Positions 1 to 20,394 of a DNA stretch of 64,000 bases are shown here, piece after piece (position 1 is the first letter of the stretch; each line of letters begins with the position of its first letter). Under the pieces are notes generated by a model. It ran no database searches. It was not told where the DNA came from and saw only the letters and a program-made list of their open reading frames with translations. Where the stretch lies: the NCBI RefSeq assembly GCF_009914755.1, contig NC_060941.1; one strand, 5' to 3'. The translations under genes were made by a program, and so were the position numbers. This stretch comes from the human T2T-CHM13v2.0 reference genome, Homo sapiens.

Positions 1-305
1 CTGAACAAAATGAAATTAAATTAGAAACCAGTAACTGAAAGATACCTAAAAAAAAAAATCCCCAAATATTTGGCTAAAACAATTAATGCACGAGGTCCTG
101 GAGGTTAAGGGGGTGGGAAACAAAGGAACTCAGCCCCAACTGGGGGTAAAGGGAATGGTGATCAGAGAAGGCAGGCTGGAGAGGGTGATGGATGGGTGAC
201 TAGGAGTTGGGTCTGTGAGAACTACGAAGAAATAAGTATTACTAGATCAATTTGAGATGAAGAGAAGAAATAAGGAGTGAACAAGGAAAAGAGAAATAAG
301 GGGGA

Positions 306-889
306 TGTAAAAAGTAAAGTAGAGGTTCCTCTTCAAGACTTTCCTCTCTAATTAAGAATAAATAGTAACTTCTCTTAGAAGCAAAATTTATTCAAAGACC
401 TGTGCTAACATTCTTAAATATCTGCTAGCCATAATAAAGAAATCAATGTACTTTATGTTCTTAGCTCCCACAATTTAGCCTAAATATTTGCCCTGGCACG
501 CTTAGGCTGGTCCAAGCAAGCATTAGGTCATAGCCTGTTCCTCTTCCTTATTTAAAAGTGTTTTTACCTTTCTCAACATTCCACAAGTTACTTCCTCCTT
601 CCTTTGTTCCCCTCTACCTTTGCCTCTTTTAAAAAGTTCTAAGTTACTAACCAATCGGGACAAATACAGAATGTGAGGTCCCGTTCCAGCCAAAGGAAAC
701 CGGAAACAGCAGTAAGGTAGATGCGTCAGGTTATAAATGACCCTATCTCCTTTGTTGGGTGTACTCTCATGGCAAAACTGCCCGTGAGTGTACCCTTTCT
801 GCAGGAAGTAAAAATGGCCTTACTAAGTAAACTAAATTTATGTTCAAGTGCTGTTTCTTCACGGCACCGGGGAACAAGCATTTCAAACA
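306..889 (+). mobile_element. Solo ERV1 LTR, LTR10C-like
   Basis: TG...CA termini (TGTAAAAAGTAAAGTAGAGGTTCC...TTTCAAACA), ~584 bp, near-perfect 5-bp TSD GGGGA/GGAGA, TATA-like TTATAAA; matches recalled LTR10C consensus. Confidence 0.8.
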
Positions 890-998
890 GGAGATTTAGA
901 AGTCAGTTCATCCTTGACTCCTTTCCTCCCGCTCACCACATCCCAGCCTAACCAATCTATCTCATTCAGGATTCATTCTAATGCCTGAATTATTTTCT

Positions 999-1197
999 GC
1001 CAGGTGCTGTGGCTCACACCTGTAATCCCAGCACTTTGGGAGGCCAAGGCGGGTGGATCACTTGAGGTCAGAAGTTCAAGACCAGCCTGGCCACTTGAAC
1101 CGAGGAAGAGGTTGCAGTGAGCCAAGGTCATGCCACTGTACTCCAGCCTGGGCGACAGAGTGAGACTCTGTGTCAAAAAAAAAAAGAAAAGAAAAGA
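999..1197 (+). mobile_element. Alu with internal deletion (left arm joined to distal right arm)
   Basis: CCAGCCTGGCCA joined directly to CTTGAACC; A-rich tail. Confidence 0.85.
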
Positions 1198-1199
1198 AA

Positions 1200-1900
1200 T
1201 TAAAATTGAATTTGCAATAATCCAGCAAATAATCCTATTTATATACCTAAGAGAAATGAAAATATATGTATAGATAAAAACATGTACACGAATGTGCTCA
1301 GCAGCATTATTCATAATAGCCAAAAAGTGGAAACAGTTCAAATGTCCATGAACTTACGAAATGGATAAGCAAAACATGGTCTCTGGGCACAGAGGTGTGT
1401 GCCTGTAACTCTAGCTACTCTGGAGGCTGGAAGGCTGAGGCAGGAAGCCTGAGCCCAGGAGTTTCAGGTCAGCCTGGGCAACATTGCAAGACCCTGTCTC
1501 CATTTAAAAAAAAAAAAGTGGTACAGCCATACAATGAAGTGTTATTCAAATATAGTACTGATACATGCTAAGATATGCATAAACCTTAAAAACAGTAGGC
1601 TAAATGACAGAAGCCATACATTATATGATTCCACTTAATAAGAAATGTCCGTAAGAGGCAAATCAACAGCAAATGAACGTAATTACTGGCTGCCAGGGGA
1701 GAGCAGGAGGGAGGTGAAGAACAGGGAGTGACGCCATAGGCATGGGCTTCTTTTGCAGGGGCGTAAAAACAAGCTGGAATTAGGTAGTGTTAATGGTTGC
1801 ACAACTCTGTCAATACACTAAAAAAAACCACTAAATTGCATACTTTACAAGGGTACATTTTACAGTATGTAAATTATATCTCCATAAAGCTGTTACCTTT
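1200..1900 (+). mobile_element. Old L1M 3' fragment interrupted by a monomeric Alu (1384-1517)
   Basis: L1 3' motifs GCAGCATTATTCATAATAGCCAAAAAGTGGAAAC, AAATTATATCTCCATAAAGCTGTT. Confidence 0.75.
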
Positions 1901-2231
1901 TAAAAACTGAATTTTCATAAATATTGCTTGAAAATCATTCTGCAATTTAAAAGATGTTCAATAAATGTTAACTATTACTGTCGCTATTTTTAAAATGTGA
2001 CACTCTCAAAATAATATTTGAATATAACTATCAAGAAAAACATAAAAATTGTAGATATATACCAGCAGACAAAACAATTGAAACATTATATTTACACGCA
2101 TTTTAATTCTTTCTATATGGTCACTTTCGATCTTTTAAAGTGTATTTTAATGTATAATTTTTTTTTAAGTTAAGAAACATGCTGCCTCCTGATGCTTATG
2201 TTAAAGAACCAAAAGCATGAAAAAAACTAGA

Positions 2232-2527
2232 GGCCGGGTGTGTTGGCTCAGGCCTGTAATCCCAGCACTTTGGGAAGCCGAGGCAGGTGGATCACGAGGT
2301 CAGGAGTTCAAGACCAGCCTGGCCAACACAGTAAAACCCTGTCTCTATTAAAAAGTACAAACATTAGCCGGGTGTGGTGGTGGGCGCCTGTAGTCCCAGC
2401 CACTCAGAAGGCTGAGGCAGGAGAATAGCTTGAACCCAGGAGGTGGAGGTTGCAGTGAGCTGAGATTGTGTCACTGCACTCTAGCCTGGGCGACAGAGTG
2501 AGACTCCATCTCAAAAGAAAAAAAAAA
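2232..2527 (+). mobile_element. AluS
   Basis: Full dimeric Alu with A tail. Confidence 0.95.
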
Positions 2528-4851
2528 TAGAATAATTAGTGTCAGTGTTAAGCTAGTGCTGAGATCATAACCACTGTCAACAGGCACTCAAAGAGAAGGA
2601 AGAACAAGGTGCGCAACAGGACTCAAGGAAGATCTCCCAGGAAGAGGGATTCGAGCCTGGCTAAGGAGCAGGAAGGGAAAAGGGCATCAGCTAGCATTTG
2701 TTCCTGTGTCACCCAGATTACCACTTGCTCACCATGACTACCACTCTCTCACCCCCATGTCTCCATCATTAAGGGTCTTTAGTCAAAGGGAAGACACAGG
2801 GTCTTGAGGACTGAGGAAAGGAGGACCTAACAGAAGAGACCAGAGCTCCTGGTCTTAACATCCCCAGTCCTGTTATATGCATGTTTCAACACAAACTTCC
2901 AAACATGCCCATGGGTGAGCAGAATTGAACAGCACGAACTGTATGCAAGACTATTTATCACTGCGTAACTAGGACATGCCTCTCCACTACTCACAAATCA
3001 TGTTGCCCAACTTTTTCAAAACCCTTTTGGCTCTCACTTTAATTATCATGTTTAATCTCTTGAGGTACTGATACCTGAAAACAGATGTCATTAATTTCCC
3101 TTATAATCTTGACCTCCCTATTGTTACTGAAAGTACTACCATTCTTAGGGAGGCGTAGGTGATGCATTCCTCTCTCTACATTCTATGTGTCAAGGCCAGA
3201 AGAACTCTAGAGTACCTCCTGGACTGATCTTCCATTTAGGACTACAAAACCCACCAGCTATCTTGTCCTTGTCAATCCATCCTGCAGAACAGAAGCTATG
3301 CTTCAAGATCTTCTGATCATCCCAATACCCAAAATTAAACAGATTCGAAACAGATTTGAGAGAGAGGGCTACACCAGTGGTTCAACAGCATCTCTGTAAT
3401 TTGATGTGGTTCTGTTTCATGTTTATGCATGGTGCTGCTGGGAATACAGCATATCTTCTCGGGGTGTCAGGAGTGAAAAAGGCCTGAGGATCACGATCCA
3501 GCCCAATCCCTATTCTACAGAAGAGGGGGAAAGTACAGTTGCTATAGCCTGATCCTCTAAGTACTGCCCAACACAACATACAAGGGAGTTTTGATTAATT
3601 TCCTATTCACACACTCAGGCTCTTGTTACACCGAGTTACTTGAGACTGCCCACACTTTACTATCAGTGCCTGCCGCTCCCTCCCGCTCTCTCCCCCTCCC
3701 TCCCTCAATCTGCCTGTCCTTACTCTCCACATGCCCATCCAGGAAGCCTACACCCACACCAATCCCCTTAAACAGGGTATATAATCTCACCCTCCTTTAA
3801 ATGCCCACTGCACTTTGTACCTCACTTGTAACGATCAGAAATTATACTGAAAAGATATTAAGTTGACACTGGTGGGAATAATATTGTCAAACCAGTGACA
3901 AATTCTGTTTGAGGTAAATCTATGGTTCATTGATGGCATCTCTGCCACTGATCTCCACTGTCACAATCCTTAGAGGACATAAATCACTAACTGTCCCAGG
4001 ATAACACCAGGGCTTTTGTTTTATGAAGTCATCAGAGGTTCCAAGTTTTAAAATTCCAGGTAAGTATTCTCAGAAGTCTCACATAAGACTGAGACTGAAA
4101 CACAAGAACCATTCTGTTTTACATACAATTTCTTAAAATTAGCAAATGCTTAATTTCAAAGTGCTGTCAGAACTTTACCAAATGCCTATTGAAAACACTT
4201 CCTATATAATCCTTCTCATTATATCGGCAATGTCATAAAATCTATAGGCTGAAGTAATTCTAAATTTAAAAAGTAAAAATAAATTAAAGCATTATTCAGC
4301 CATATGCTTTCGGCTAAAGCAAAACTAGGTGGTTGCAATTTTATACTAAAAAGTTGTCATCCTTACATTTTTTCCATAAAAGGAAAACAATCTTCAATAA
4401 ATAAACCTTTCATGACTTTAGTAATATCAATTAATGCCTCTGCATTGTTATATAACCTACAAAATACTGAGTTATTTCTTATATTAGGAGTTATTTCTTA
4501 TGTTAGGAATGTCACATGTCAGTAATTAAGCCAACGCTGTAAACTATAAAAATTAATCAAATTACTCTAAATTACCAATAAAGTAAATTCCTCTTTCAGC
4601 CTTTGCAGTACAACAGGATTCAAATTCATCAATCATACTTCTTTGTGTGTTATTCAGATATCTTAAACCAGTTCTAAAATTTTTTTCTTCCATCTACACA
4701 TTTACCTGACAGCCTTCCACCCAGGAAGTACAGACTATAAAACCAATGAAACTAGTACTTAGCCTAAACAACTCACTGTCACGCGTTGTTACTCATTCGA
4801 GGCAAGTGGGCATGTTCTAAAAGTTTGGAACTCAAAATGTCACTCACATCC

Positions 4852-4998
4852 GGGGGGTGGGGGGCGAGGGGAGGGAACTTAAAGAGTGGGTCAATAGGTG
4901 CAGCAATCCACCATGGCACACGTATACCTATGCAACAAACCTGCACGTTCTGCACATGTACTCCATTTTGTTTTTAGAAGAAATAAGGAAAAAAAAAA
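4852..4998 (+). mobile_element. L1PA 3' end fragment
   Basis: GGTGCAGCAATCCACCATGGCACACGTATACCTATGCAACAAACCTGCACGTTCTGCACATGTA plus A tail. Confidence 0.85.
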
Positions 4999-5153
4999 GT
5001 CACATCCATTTTACCATAATCTTAAGAAATAATGCTTTGCAAAAGGTAAAACATCCAAATTAACATCACAGCCAATAAAGGAAAACGCCTGGCAAGCAAT
5101 ATGAAATAGCAACTCAAAAACAAAGTAACTCTTGCAATGAAAAACATTCACTG

Positions 5154-5431
5154 GGCCAGGCCAGGTGGCTCATGCCTGTAATCCTAGCACTTTGGGAGGC
5201 TGAGGCGGGCGGATTGCCTGAGTTCAGGAGTTCAAGAACAGTGTGGGCAACATGGTGAAACCCCATCTCTACTAAAATACAAAAAATTAGCTGGGTGTGG
5301 CAGCGTGCACCTGTAGTCCCAACTACTCAGGAGGCTGAGGCAGGAGAATTGCTTGAACCCGGGAGGTGGAGGTTGTGGTGAGCCAAGATCGTGCGTGCCA
5401 TTGCACTCCTCCCTGGGCAACAGAGCGAGAC
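5154..5431 (+). mobile_element. Alu lacking its poly-A tail
   Basis: Alu body flanked by direct repeat ACATTCACTG (5144-5153, 5430-5439). Confidence 0.9.
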
Positions 5432-5769
5432 ATTCACTGATCAAATTGTCCATCAAAATCCAATTAGAAAAGAACAACAACAACAAAAAACCAATTAGGA
5501 CAATTTTTAGTTTCCTAAATCCAAAATATTTAGGGGTTATGACACCCACTGTAGAATTATCGAAACTTCATGTACTACAAGTTCTCATCTACTAACAATA
5601 ATTTATCCAACCAATCTTTGATGAGCACTTGCTATGTGCAAAACACTTACAGGAGCTGCAGAGGGAATACGCTCAATACCTATCTCTACAGAGTTAATAA
5701 TTTCATATAAGGATAGGACAAGTAGACACACAGTAGGCTACAGGTGTCATTAAGAAAAACAAAATCTCA

Positions 5770-6663
<894 letters not shown>

Positions 6664-7182
6664 GCACTAAAATTAAGTTGGCAAGAATTTACATGTACTC
6701 CTTTTTACATATAAGACATAAATATCTGACATTTGATTCATTCCCTTCATTCTCCAGCCAGCCTCCCAGGGCAAGTCTGGCGAGGATTCTGACCATCGGG
6801 CAAAAGAAATTACCTTTTTTCAGTTTATGTTAGGACAACCTACGTGGGTTTACATTTGGCTTAATATAATACTACCCTACTTCTCCAATAAGTATTTAAG
6901 CATTTATTAAAAAACAGAAACTTTTCAATTTAACCACTTCTACTACCCTAGTCTCTCTGAGAAAGACAGGACACACCTCACTTCAAGGAAAAAAGGGTCC
7001 TTTTTCCTCACAAATACTTCCTCATAAACTTTATTTTAAAAATGATTTTAAAACCAGATTCTAATTTAATTAATTTAGATTTGCAAAATTATAAAGGACA
7101 AGTCTTGCCGGTTGTTGCTTCGGTTATGTTAATTTCACAATTTAGTACACTGCAACTACGTATTTAATACAAAGCAGCCTTT

Positions 7183-7208
7183 GGGCGGGGCGGGGCGGGG
7201 CGGGGCGG
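7183..7208 (+). repeat. (GGGGC)n GC-box array
   Basis: GGGCGGGGCGGGGCGGGGCGGGGCGG in AT-rich surroundings. Confidence 0.9.
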
Positions 7209-8252
7209 TTAACAAAATGCATCTCAGCACCAGCCTAGAGAAACTTTTCTGTGTGTAAACAGAAGAGGGGTTACCATGGAGAAATTCATTACGGATTTCG
7301 GGAGGGCTTTTTCCTCAGAAATAGAGTGAAAAGAATAAGTCGTTGTGTAATAAATCTGATACTGACGCTGTGTGACTTAGAAGTTGGTCCAAAAGTTCAT
7401 CTTAGGCAATTATGCCTAGATGATCAACTACACATCTTCTGCAACAGGTGACACGAACCTGCATTTCCCAAGCAAGGCAAAGCGATCAAATGAGTTAAGA
7501 CGCGTGTTCCTGCGGTCTTGTAAATTTTTGATTTAACCAAAACAATTTTGAATCAGATGAATTACCAAATTTCGTTGGGTCTTGTTTGGCTTTCTGCTTT
7601 GCTTTTTAATCAGCCATTTACCAGAAACTGTTGCACGGGCCCGTTAGCACTCGAAGAATAAAAACAAACACACAAGACCAGATAAGGTTCCCCTACTAAC
7701 CCAAATGATCCGTTTCCTTAACATAATTTTAAAACCACAGCTAGGGGTGTGAAAACAGATTGTGGCACACAATCTGTCCAAATCCTTAATTCCCTTTTAA
7801 GGAACAGATATATAATAAAAATCCGAAAGGAACCACATTAGAAATGAAAAGAGGTTTGCAAAACAAGAGGCTTCTTTCATTCCAGAAAACTACCAAAACA
7901 AGGGGAAAAAATGAAAGCAATGGATATGTGTTTGCCCAAGTTTCAATCTTGCCCGGTGGAGACACTACACTGGTACAAATTCTGAGGAGGAAAAAGAGGA
8001 GGTTGGCGGGAGGCGGGAAGAGAGAGCGAGTGTGGCCCGCCAACTGCAACAATGCAATCTCCATTTTGAACAATGCGCCTCTTTCCTCCTATAAATCTGG
8101 TTTTTTGCCACTTGATGTGCCCTCGCATTTCCCCTCTGGGGGTCGGCGGGGTTGGGGGGAGATCGGAGCAGGATGCACAGCACACGAGTGAGCAAAGGGG
8201 GAGGGCAGAGAAGGTGGGGAAGGAGTCTGCAGCAACTGGGCTGAGTGGGTAC

Positions 8253-8850
8253 CTGGAGTGCTGCTGTAGGTACTATGGCTCCTGACGCTGCTTTCCGTGC
8301 AGTAACTGGCGTCCTCCTACACCACTTTGTTGACAGCCCTCCAGACCGCAGCCGTCCGGGCCAGGTGGCTGCCCCCGCCTCCCCCCGGCCGGGGCGCTGG
8401 TGCTGGGGTGGGGCCGGCGGCGGCGGCTTTCTCCGGCTACTGCTGCCCATCCTGGGCGAGCTCAGGCGCGTCTTGGGCGCCACCTCAGCCTGGCGGCGAC
8501 CCACCTGCCCGGGCTGCTACCGCGTTGCCGCGAGCGGAACCCCGGATGGGTCCGGACGTGGGCAGCGGCAGCGGCGGCGGGGCCGGGGCGCAGCGCTCCG
8601 CAGAGGGAGCCGCGGGCTGCTTGGTCGGCCTGCCCCGCCGGCCCCTCATGTTGGAGCCGAGGCGGAGGGAGAAGGGAAAGCGGCCGGGAAGGGGCGGGCG
8701 CAATGGGCGCAGTGGGGGCGGCTGGGGCCGGGTGGGGAGGCCAGAGGGGCAGGGCAGGAGGGGCCCGGCCTGCGGAAGCGGTTGGAGGGAGAAGGCTCAA
8801 TCCGAATGGCTGGGGCCCCACTGCGGATCGCCTTCAGCCTCCATCTCGTT
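8253..8850 (-). pseudogene. Duplicated BPTF exon 1 (5' UTR plus decayed coding start); intron 1 copy extends toward the window start
   Basis: ATG at 8649 gives MRGRRGRPTKQPAAPSAERCAPAPPP (BPTF: MRGRRGRPPKQPAAPAAERCAPAPPP); other frames give QAEVAPKTRLSSPR, RAVNKVV and DASYCTESSVRSHSTYSSTP; donor CCAG|GTACCC at 8253/8252; frameshifts and a TAG. Confidence 0.92.
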
Positions 8851-8860
8851 TCTTCCGTTA

Positions 8861-11440
<2,580 letters not shown>

Positions 11441-11442
11441 CA

Positions 11443-13001
<1,559 letters not shown>

Positions 13002-13629
13002 TAACAACATAAGTACGAGGTTGAGACTTATTACCCTGTTTTACAGATGAGTAACTGAGGCACAGAAAGGTTGAGTTACTTGGCCAAGGTTATACAACTA
13101 ATAATTACAGGATACCAAAACCGCTAGCTTCTGCCAGTGCTCTTAATATAAGGTTGAAAGAAAAAAGAAAAGAGCCAATTAACATAAAACATAGCTGTTA
13201 GAAGCCTCCTTCTACAAATGGCGATGAAGTCTAAGTTGATAATCATAGCCGCCTTCTTCCACCACTTCTTCCAATCCCCTTTCGAAGGGTTCTGTGCCTC
13301 ATAGGGACACTCAATACTTTATTCCATAAGACCTGACTTCTTGGTGGTCTTGTTTTTATTGGGTTGCTCTACTTTTCCATTAACCAGGTCTTAGGGTCAA
13401 GAGCCTGCTAAGATGTGTCCCCAGTGAATTTTTGGCTTTCAGACATAGCCTCCTTCCTCTACTAAGTAACAGAGCCATTTTCCTCTTGCTAATCATAGGT
13501 AAAGAGGCTAGTTCGGTGATGGTTTTAGTTAGCTCAGGCTGCTATTACATACTGGGTGGCTTAAACAACAGACATTGATTTCTCACAGTTCTGGAGGCTG
13601 GGAAGTCCCATATCAGGGTGATAGCATGA

Positions 13630-14120
<491 letters not shown>

Positions 14121-14233
14121 TTTAAGACACTCATCCCATCATGGGGCACTGTCAGCCTAATTACGTCCCAAAGACCCCACCTTCTAATACCATCACATGG
14201 AGGTGAGGGCTTCAACATAAGAATTTGGGGGTC

Positions 14234-14840
<607 letters not shown>

Positions 14841-14935
14841 GAATTTGGGGAGGATGCAAACACTTAGCCCATAATAGTAGCCGCCTTCCATCCTTATTGA
14901 TTCAGCAGCATGAGGAACTTTAAATGGCCAGCTTC

Positions 14936-15833
<898 letters not shown>

Positions 15834-17162
15834 TAAATGGCCAGCCTCGGCTTCCAGTTGAATAAAACCATAATAGTATTTCCTGATCTACACATTTCTT
15901 CCTTTGGCACTAGGACCTCTGGACCCACTGAGTCCCGGGTCCCTGGCAAGGAAAGCAAAAATTCTTCATGTGAATTATTAGGGGCCACAGTGGGAGGAGC
16001 CACTCCCATCTCCTCTCCTCGGTTCCTGGACTCATTCTAGCATGGTCTAAGTCTAGGAACGGCAGTGCTAGCAGAAGTCCCGCAGGCAAGGGAGGCAAAT
16101 CCACACCCAGAACACAGGTCTGTCGTTGTGAGGATGAGGCACTGTCCTTACACCCCAGTCTGGTCCTACAAAAAAGGATGGCCTCTCAGGGTGCAACCTT
16201 CACCTTGGAGCAGCGCCCTCTGCTGGCCGCCTCTAAGATCTGTGGCTACTTGCATCCCCCTTCTAATCTTTCCCTACCTCTGTTGGTTCAAATCATCTCT
16301 CAGTTTATTAATCCTTGGAAAGAATTACATAGCGGTTATTCACAGCTTGTAAATTACAATAGAAAGGTTCCTTTCAAATGGTAGAGTTGCACTAAAGAGG
16401 AAATTGGGTTTATAAGAAAATGGAGGCAAAGAACTTAAGTTTTAAGAAAAAGCACTTCAAAACAGAAGGGCAAATGGAAAAGGGGGATATAAAACAAACC
16501 AATAAAAATACCATCTGAGGGTGTTACTGTCCAAAATTAAAGAATAAGATGCATCACTAAGCCCTTTGCACTCGTGTTGACCTCGTAAGTAAAAATTATT
16601 ACTTAGAATAATAATAAGTGGTGCACACTACATTCCCTGTCCCTCTTCTAGACTTTTTTTTTGTAGAAGAATCAGAAAACAATTTACTAACCTCCCTGTT
16701 TGATATTAAAAACTCAATAGGAAGGTTTTTAATATTTTCTGTCAGTACAAGTTGAACTTGATTGTGTCAACTGAAACCCTAGAGGTTTGTGTATCAGTAG
16801 AATGCAAGAACATTGTTAAAGTTGCTTACAATCTTTTTTGTTTTCCTTTCCATTCCATTGTATCAATTTTTTGAGTAACTTTCAAATGGCTAGAAAATGG
16901 TCTTTTTGCTTTGCCCTTTTATAGCTGAAATAACCAGCTCCATTCTTTTCATGAGTAGTAAGTTGATATATTTATTTATCAGGTATCTTTCAGTTGTCAC
17001 TAAATACTGTAGTTTTCTTGTGTTGTATGGAAATTATAGTTCAATTATTCTAATGTGATGGAGTGCAACGAGTCATTGTAGAACTTTTCACCTGTTAATG
17101 TTGAAGTTATACCTCTGAACTTCTGCTGTGGATATCAAGGAAATAATAAAGCGAAAACCCTA

Positions 17163-17435
<273 letters not shown>

Positions 17436-17957
17436 TTATTTATTTGGCTCAATGAAAATAAAAAAGAGAATTTTATGCAAAAATTTCAGACAACTGAATT
17501 TTGCCAAATGATTCCATTTACTAAGGATTCCATCTTTGGTTCTAATGTAGCATATATTCCCTGTGGAGGAAATGGATTTCTCCAAATAACTGGATCCATA
17601 GTCATGTAATGCTAGTGGGGACAATCACCCCAGCTTAGATACCATCAAATGAATTCCAACATATGTGGGCTCTCCCATTATTTGTCTTCTCACCTGCCAG
17701 CCTGCCTCTCTTGGCAATGCTAGGATTCCAGAATCAGGCCCTAAGCTCAGCAAGGGCCTCCATGAGGGCCATATTACACCCTAAGATTCCCAGATGTCTA
17801 TTTGGAACCACCTTTGACTTACTCCCTTATTTTGCCCCTGAAACTGCATGGGGACAAAGAAGAAATCATAAAAACAGGGATAATGGATATGGCCCTAAGT
17901 ATTTTAATGTGGCCTATCAATAGTGTCGTCATACCATCCCTGTTTACCAAGCCTTTA

Positions 17958-18430
17958 TGGCAATTTCTTCACCTTGATACTGTTGACATTTTTGGCTGGT
18001 CATCATTTTTTTATGGGGGAATTGTCCTGTGTGTTTTAAGACGTTAAGCAGGACAGGTGAGGTGGCTCACACCTGTAATCCCAGCACTTTGGGAGGCTGA
18101 GGCGGGCTGATCACCTAAGGTTGGGAGTTTGAGACCAGCCTGACCAACATGGAGAAACCCCATCTCTACTAAAAATACAAAATTAGCCAGGCGTGATGGT
18201 GCATGCCCATAATCCCAGCTACTCGGGAGGCTGAGGCAGGAGAATCGCTTGAACCCGGCAGAGGTTGCAGTGAGGCGAGAGCGTGCCATTTCACTCCAGC
18301 CTGGGCAACAAGAGCAAAACTGTGTCTCAAAAAAAAAAAAAAAGATGTTAAGCAGCGTCCTTGACCTCTGCCCAGATATTGCCAAATGTCACTTGGGGAG
18401 CAAAATTGGCCCAGTTGAGAACCACGGGAC
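17958..18430 (+). mobile_element. MER20-like DNA transposon interrupted by AluSp (18051-18342)
   Basis: ACTGTTGACATTTTTGGCTGG...GATATTGCCAAATGTC...CCAGTTGAGAACCAC; Alu TSD AAGA(C/T)GTTAAGCA. Confidence 0.8.
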
Positions 18431-18486
18431 TAAAGTAAGCAGAATTATCAGGATAAAACAGACAATTCACCTCTATCATACCAGAG

Positions 18487-18851
18487 TTTTTTGTTTGTTT
18501 TTTGAGACAGGGTCTTGCTCTGTCACCCAGGCAGGAGTGTGGTAGTGTGATCATAGCTCACTGCAGCCTCAAACTCCTGGGCTCTCAGGAGGCTGAGAAG
18601 CAGTGAGTCACAATTGTGCCACTACAATCCAGCCTTGGCAACAGAGTGAGAACCTTTCTCAAACAAACAAGAGGAAGAAGAGGAAGAGGAAGGAGAGGAA
18701 GAGGAGGAAGAGGAAGAGAAGGAAGAGGAAGAGGAGAAAGGGGAAGGGAAGAGAAGGACAAGGAGAAGGAGAAGAAGAAGATTCTGGGGCTCAAGCCATC
18801 CTCCTGCCTGAGCCTCCCAAAGTACTGGGATTACAGGTGTGAGTCACCGAG
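18487..18851 (-). mobile_element. Rearranged AluJ containing an oppositely oriented Alu piece with a (GAGGAA)n purine tail (18670-18780)
   Basis: Antisense Alu interrupted at CTGGGCTC. Confidence 0.75.
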
Positions 18852-19280
18852 CGTATTAGTCAGGGTTCTCTAGAGGGACAGAATTAATGGAATATATACA
18901 GGAGTTTATTAAGTATTAACTCACAGGATCACAAGGTCCCACAATAGGCCATCTGCAGGCTGAGGAGCAAGGAGAGCCAGTCTGAGTTCCAAAACTGAAG
19001 AACTTGGAGTCCGATGTTGGAGGGTAGGAAGCATCCAGCACGGGAGAAAGATGTTGGCTGGGAGGCTAAGCCAGTCTCTCACATTTTTCTGCCTGCTTAT
19101 ATTCTAGCCTTGCTGGCAGCTGATTAGCTTGTGCCCACCCAGATTAAGGGTGGGTCTGCCTTTCTCAGCCCGCTGACTCAAATGTTAATCTCCTTTGGGA
19201 ACACCCTCACAGACACACCCAAGATCAATACTTTGTATCCTTCAATCCAATCAAGTTGACACTCAGTATTAACCATCACA
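18852..19280 (-). mobile_element. MLT2A (HERV-L) solo LTR
   Basis: GTATTAGTCAGGGTTCTCTAGAGGGACAG...CAATCCAATCAAGTTGACACTCAGTATTAACCATCACA; 5-bp TSD CCGAG/CTGAG inside the Alu 5' end. Confidence 0.9.
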
Positions 19281-19374
19281 CTGAGCCTGGCCAAAGCTGG
19301 ACTACTTGTAAGCTTTTGTCTGGAACCGTGATTTGGGAGCAAGTGGCCCGAGGACGATGAAAACTATCAGAGGT

Positions 19375-19907
<533 letters not shown>

Positions 19908-20394
19908 CTACAGCTCCCCACCTCCTGTCTCTTTAGTGGTTTAGTGGGCGCCCCCTCCCCTGTATCTTTCTAGTGAGTTTTAATGTGCTTTGCTTAGGTA
20001 GGGCTGGTTTGTTTCCATTATTGGCAACAAGAAGGAATTCGTCAAGGAGTCTAAGAAGTTGTCTGGAGAACCAAGAAAAAGATTTCCTGGAAGCATAGAA
20101 AGAGTGCATTTCCGGAAGAAAGATTCATCAAGAATTTCAAACATCAGGGCCAAGTCAAGCAGGACAGGAACTGAAAGGTGCTCCTCAAATTTGCCTATGA
20201 AGAGGCCACTGCTGGGGAGGAGTGTGTCAGGCAGCAGTGGAGGGAGGACAGCAAGTGTAAAGGAGACTCTGCAACTTCCACCTCCCAGCTTCAAGCACTT
20301 CTCATGCCTCAGCCTCCTGAGTAGCTGAGATTACAGGCGTGTGCCACCACACCTGGCTAATTTGTGTATTTTTAGTAGAGATGGGGTTTCCACA

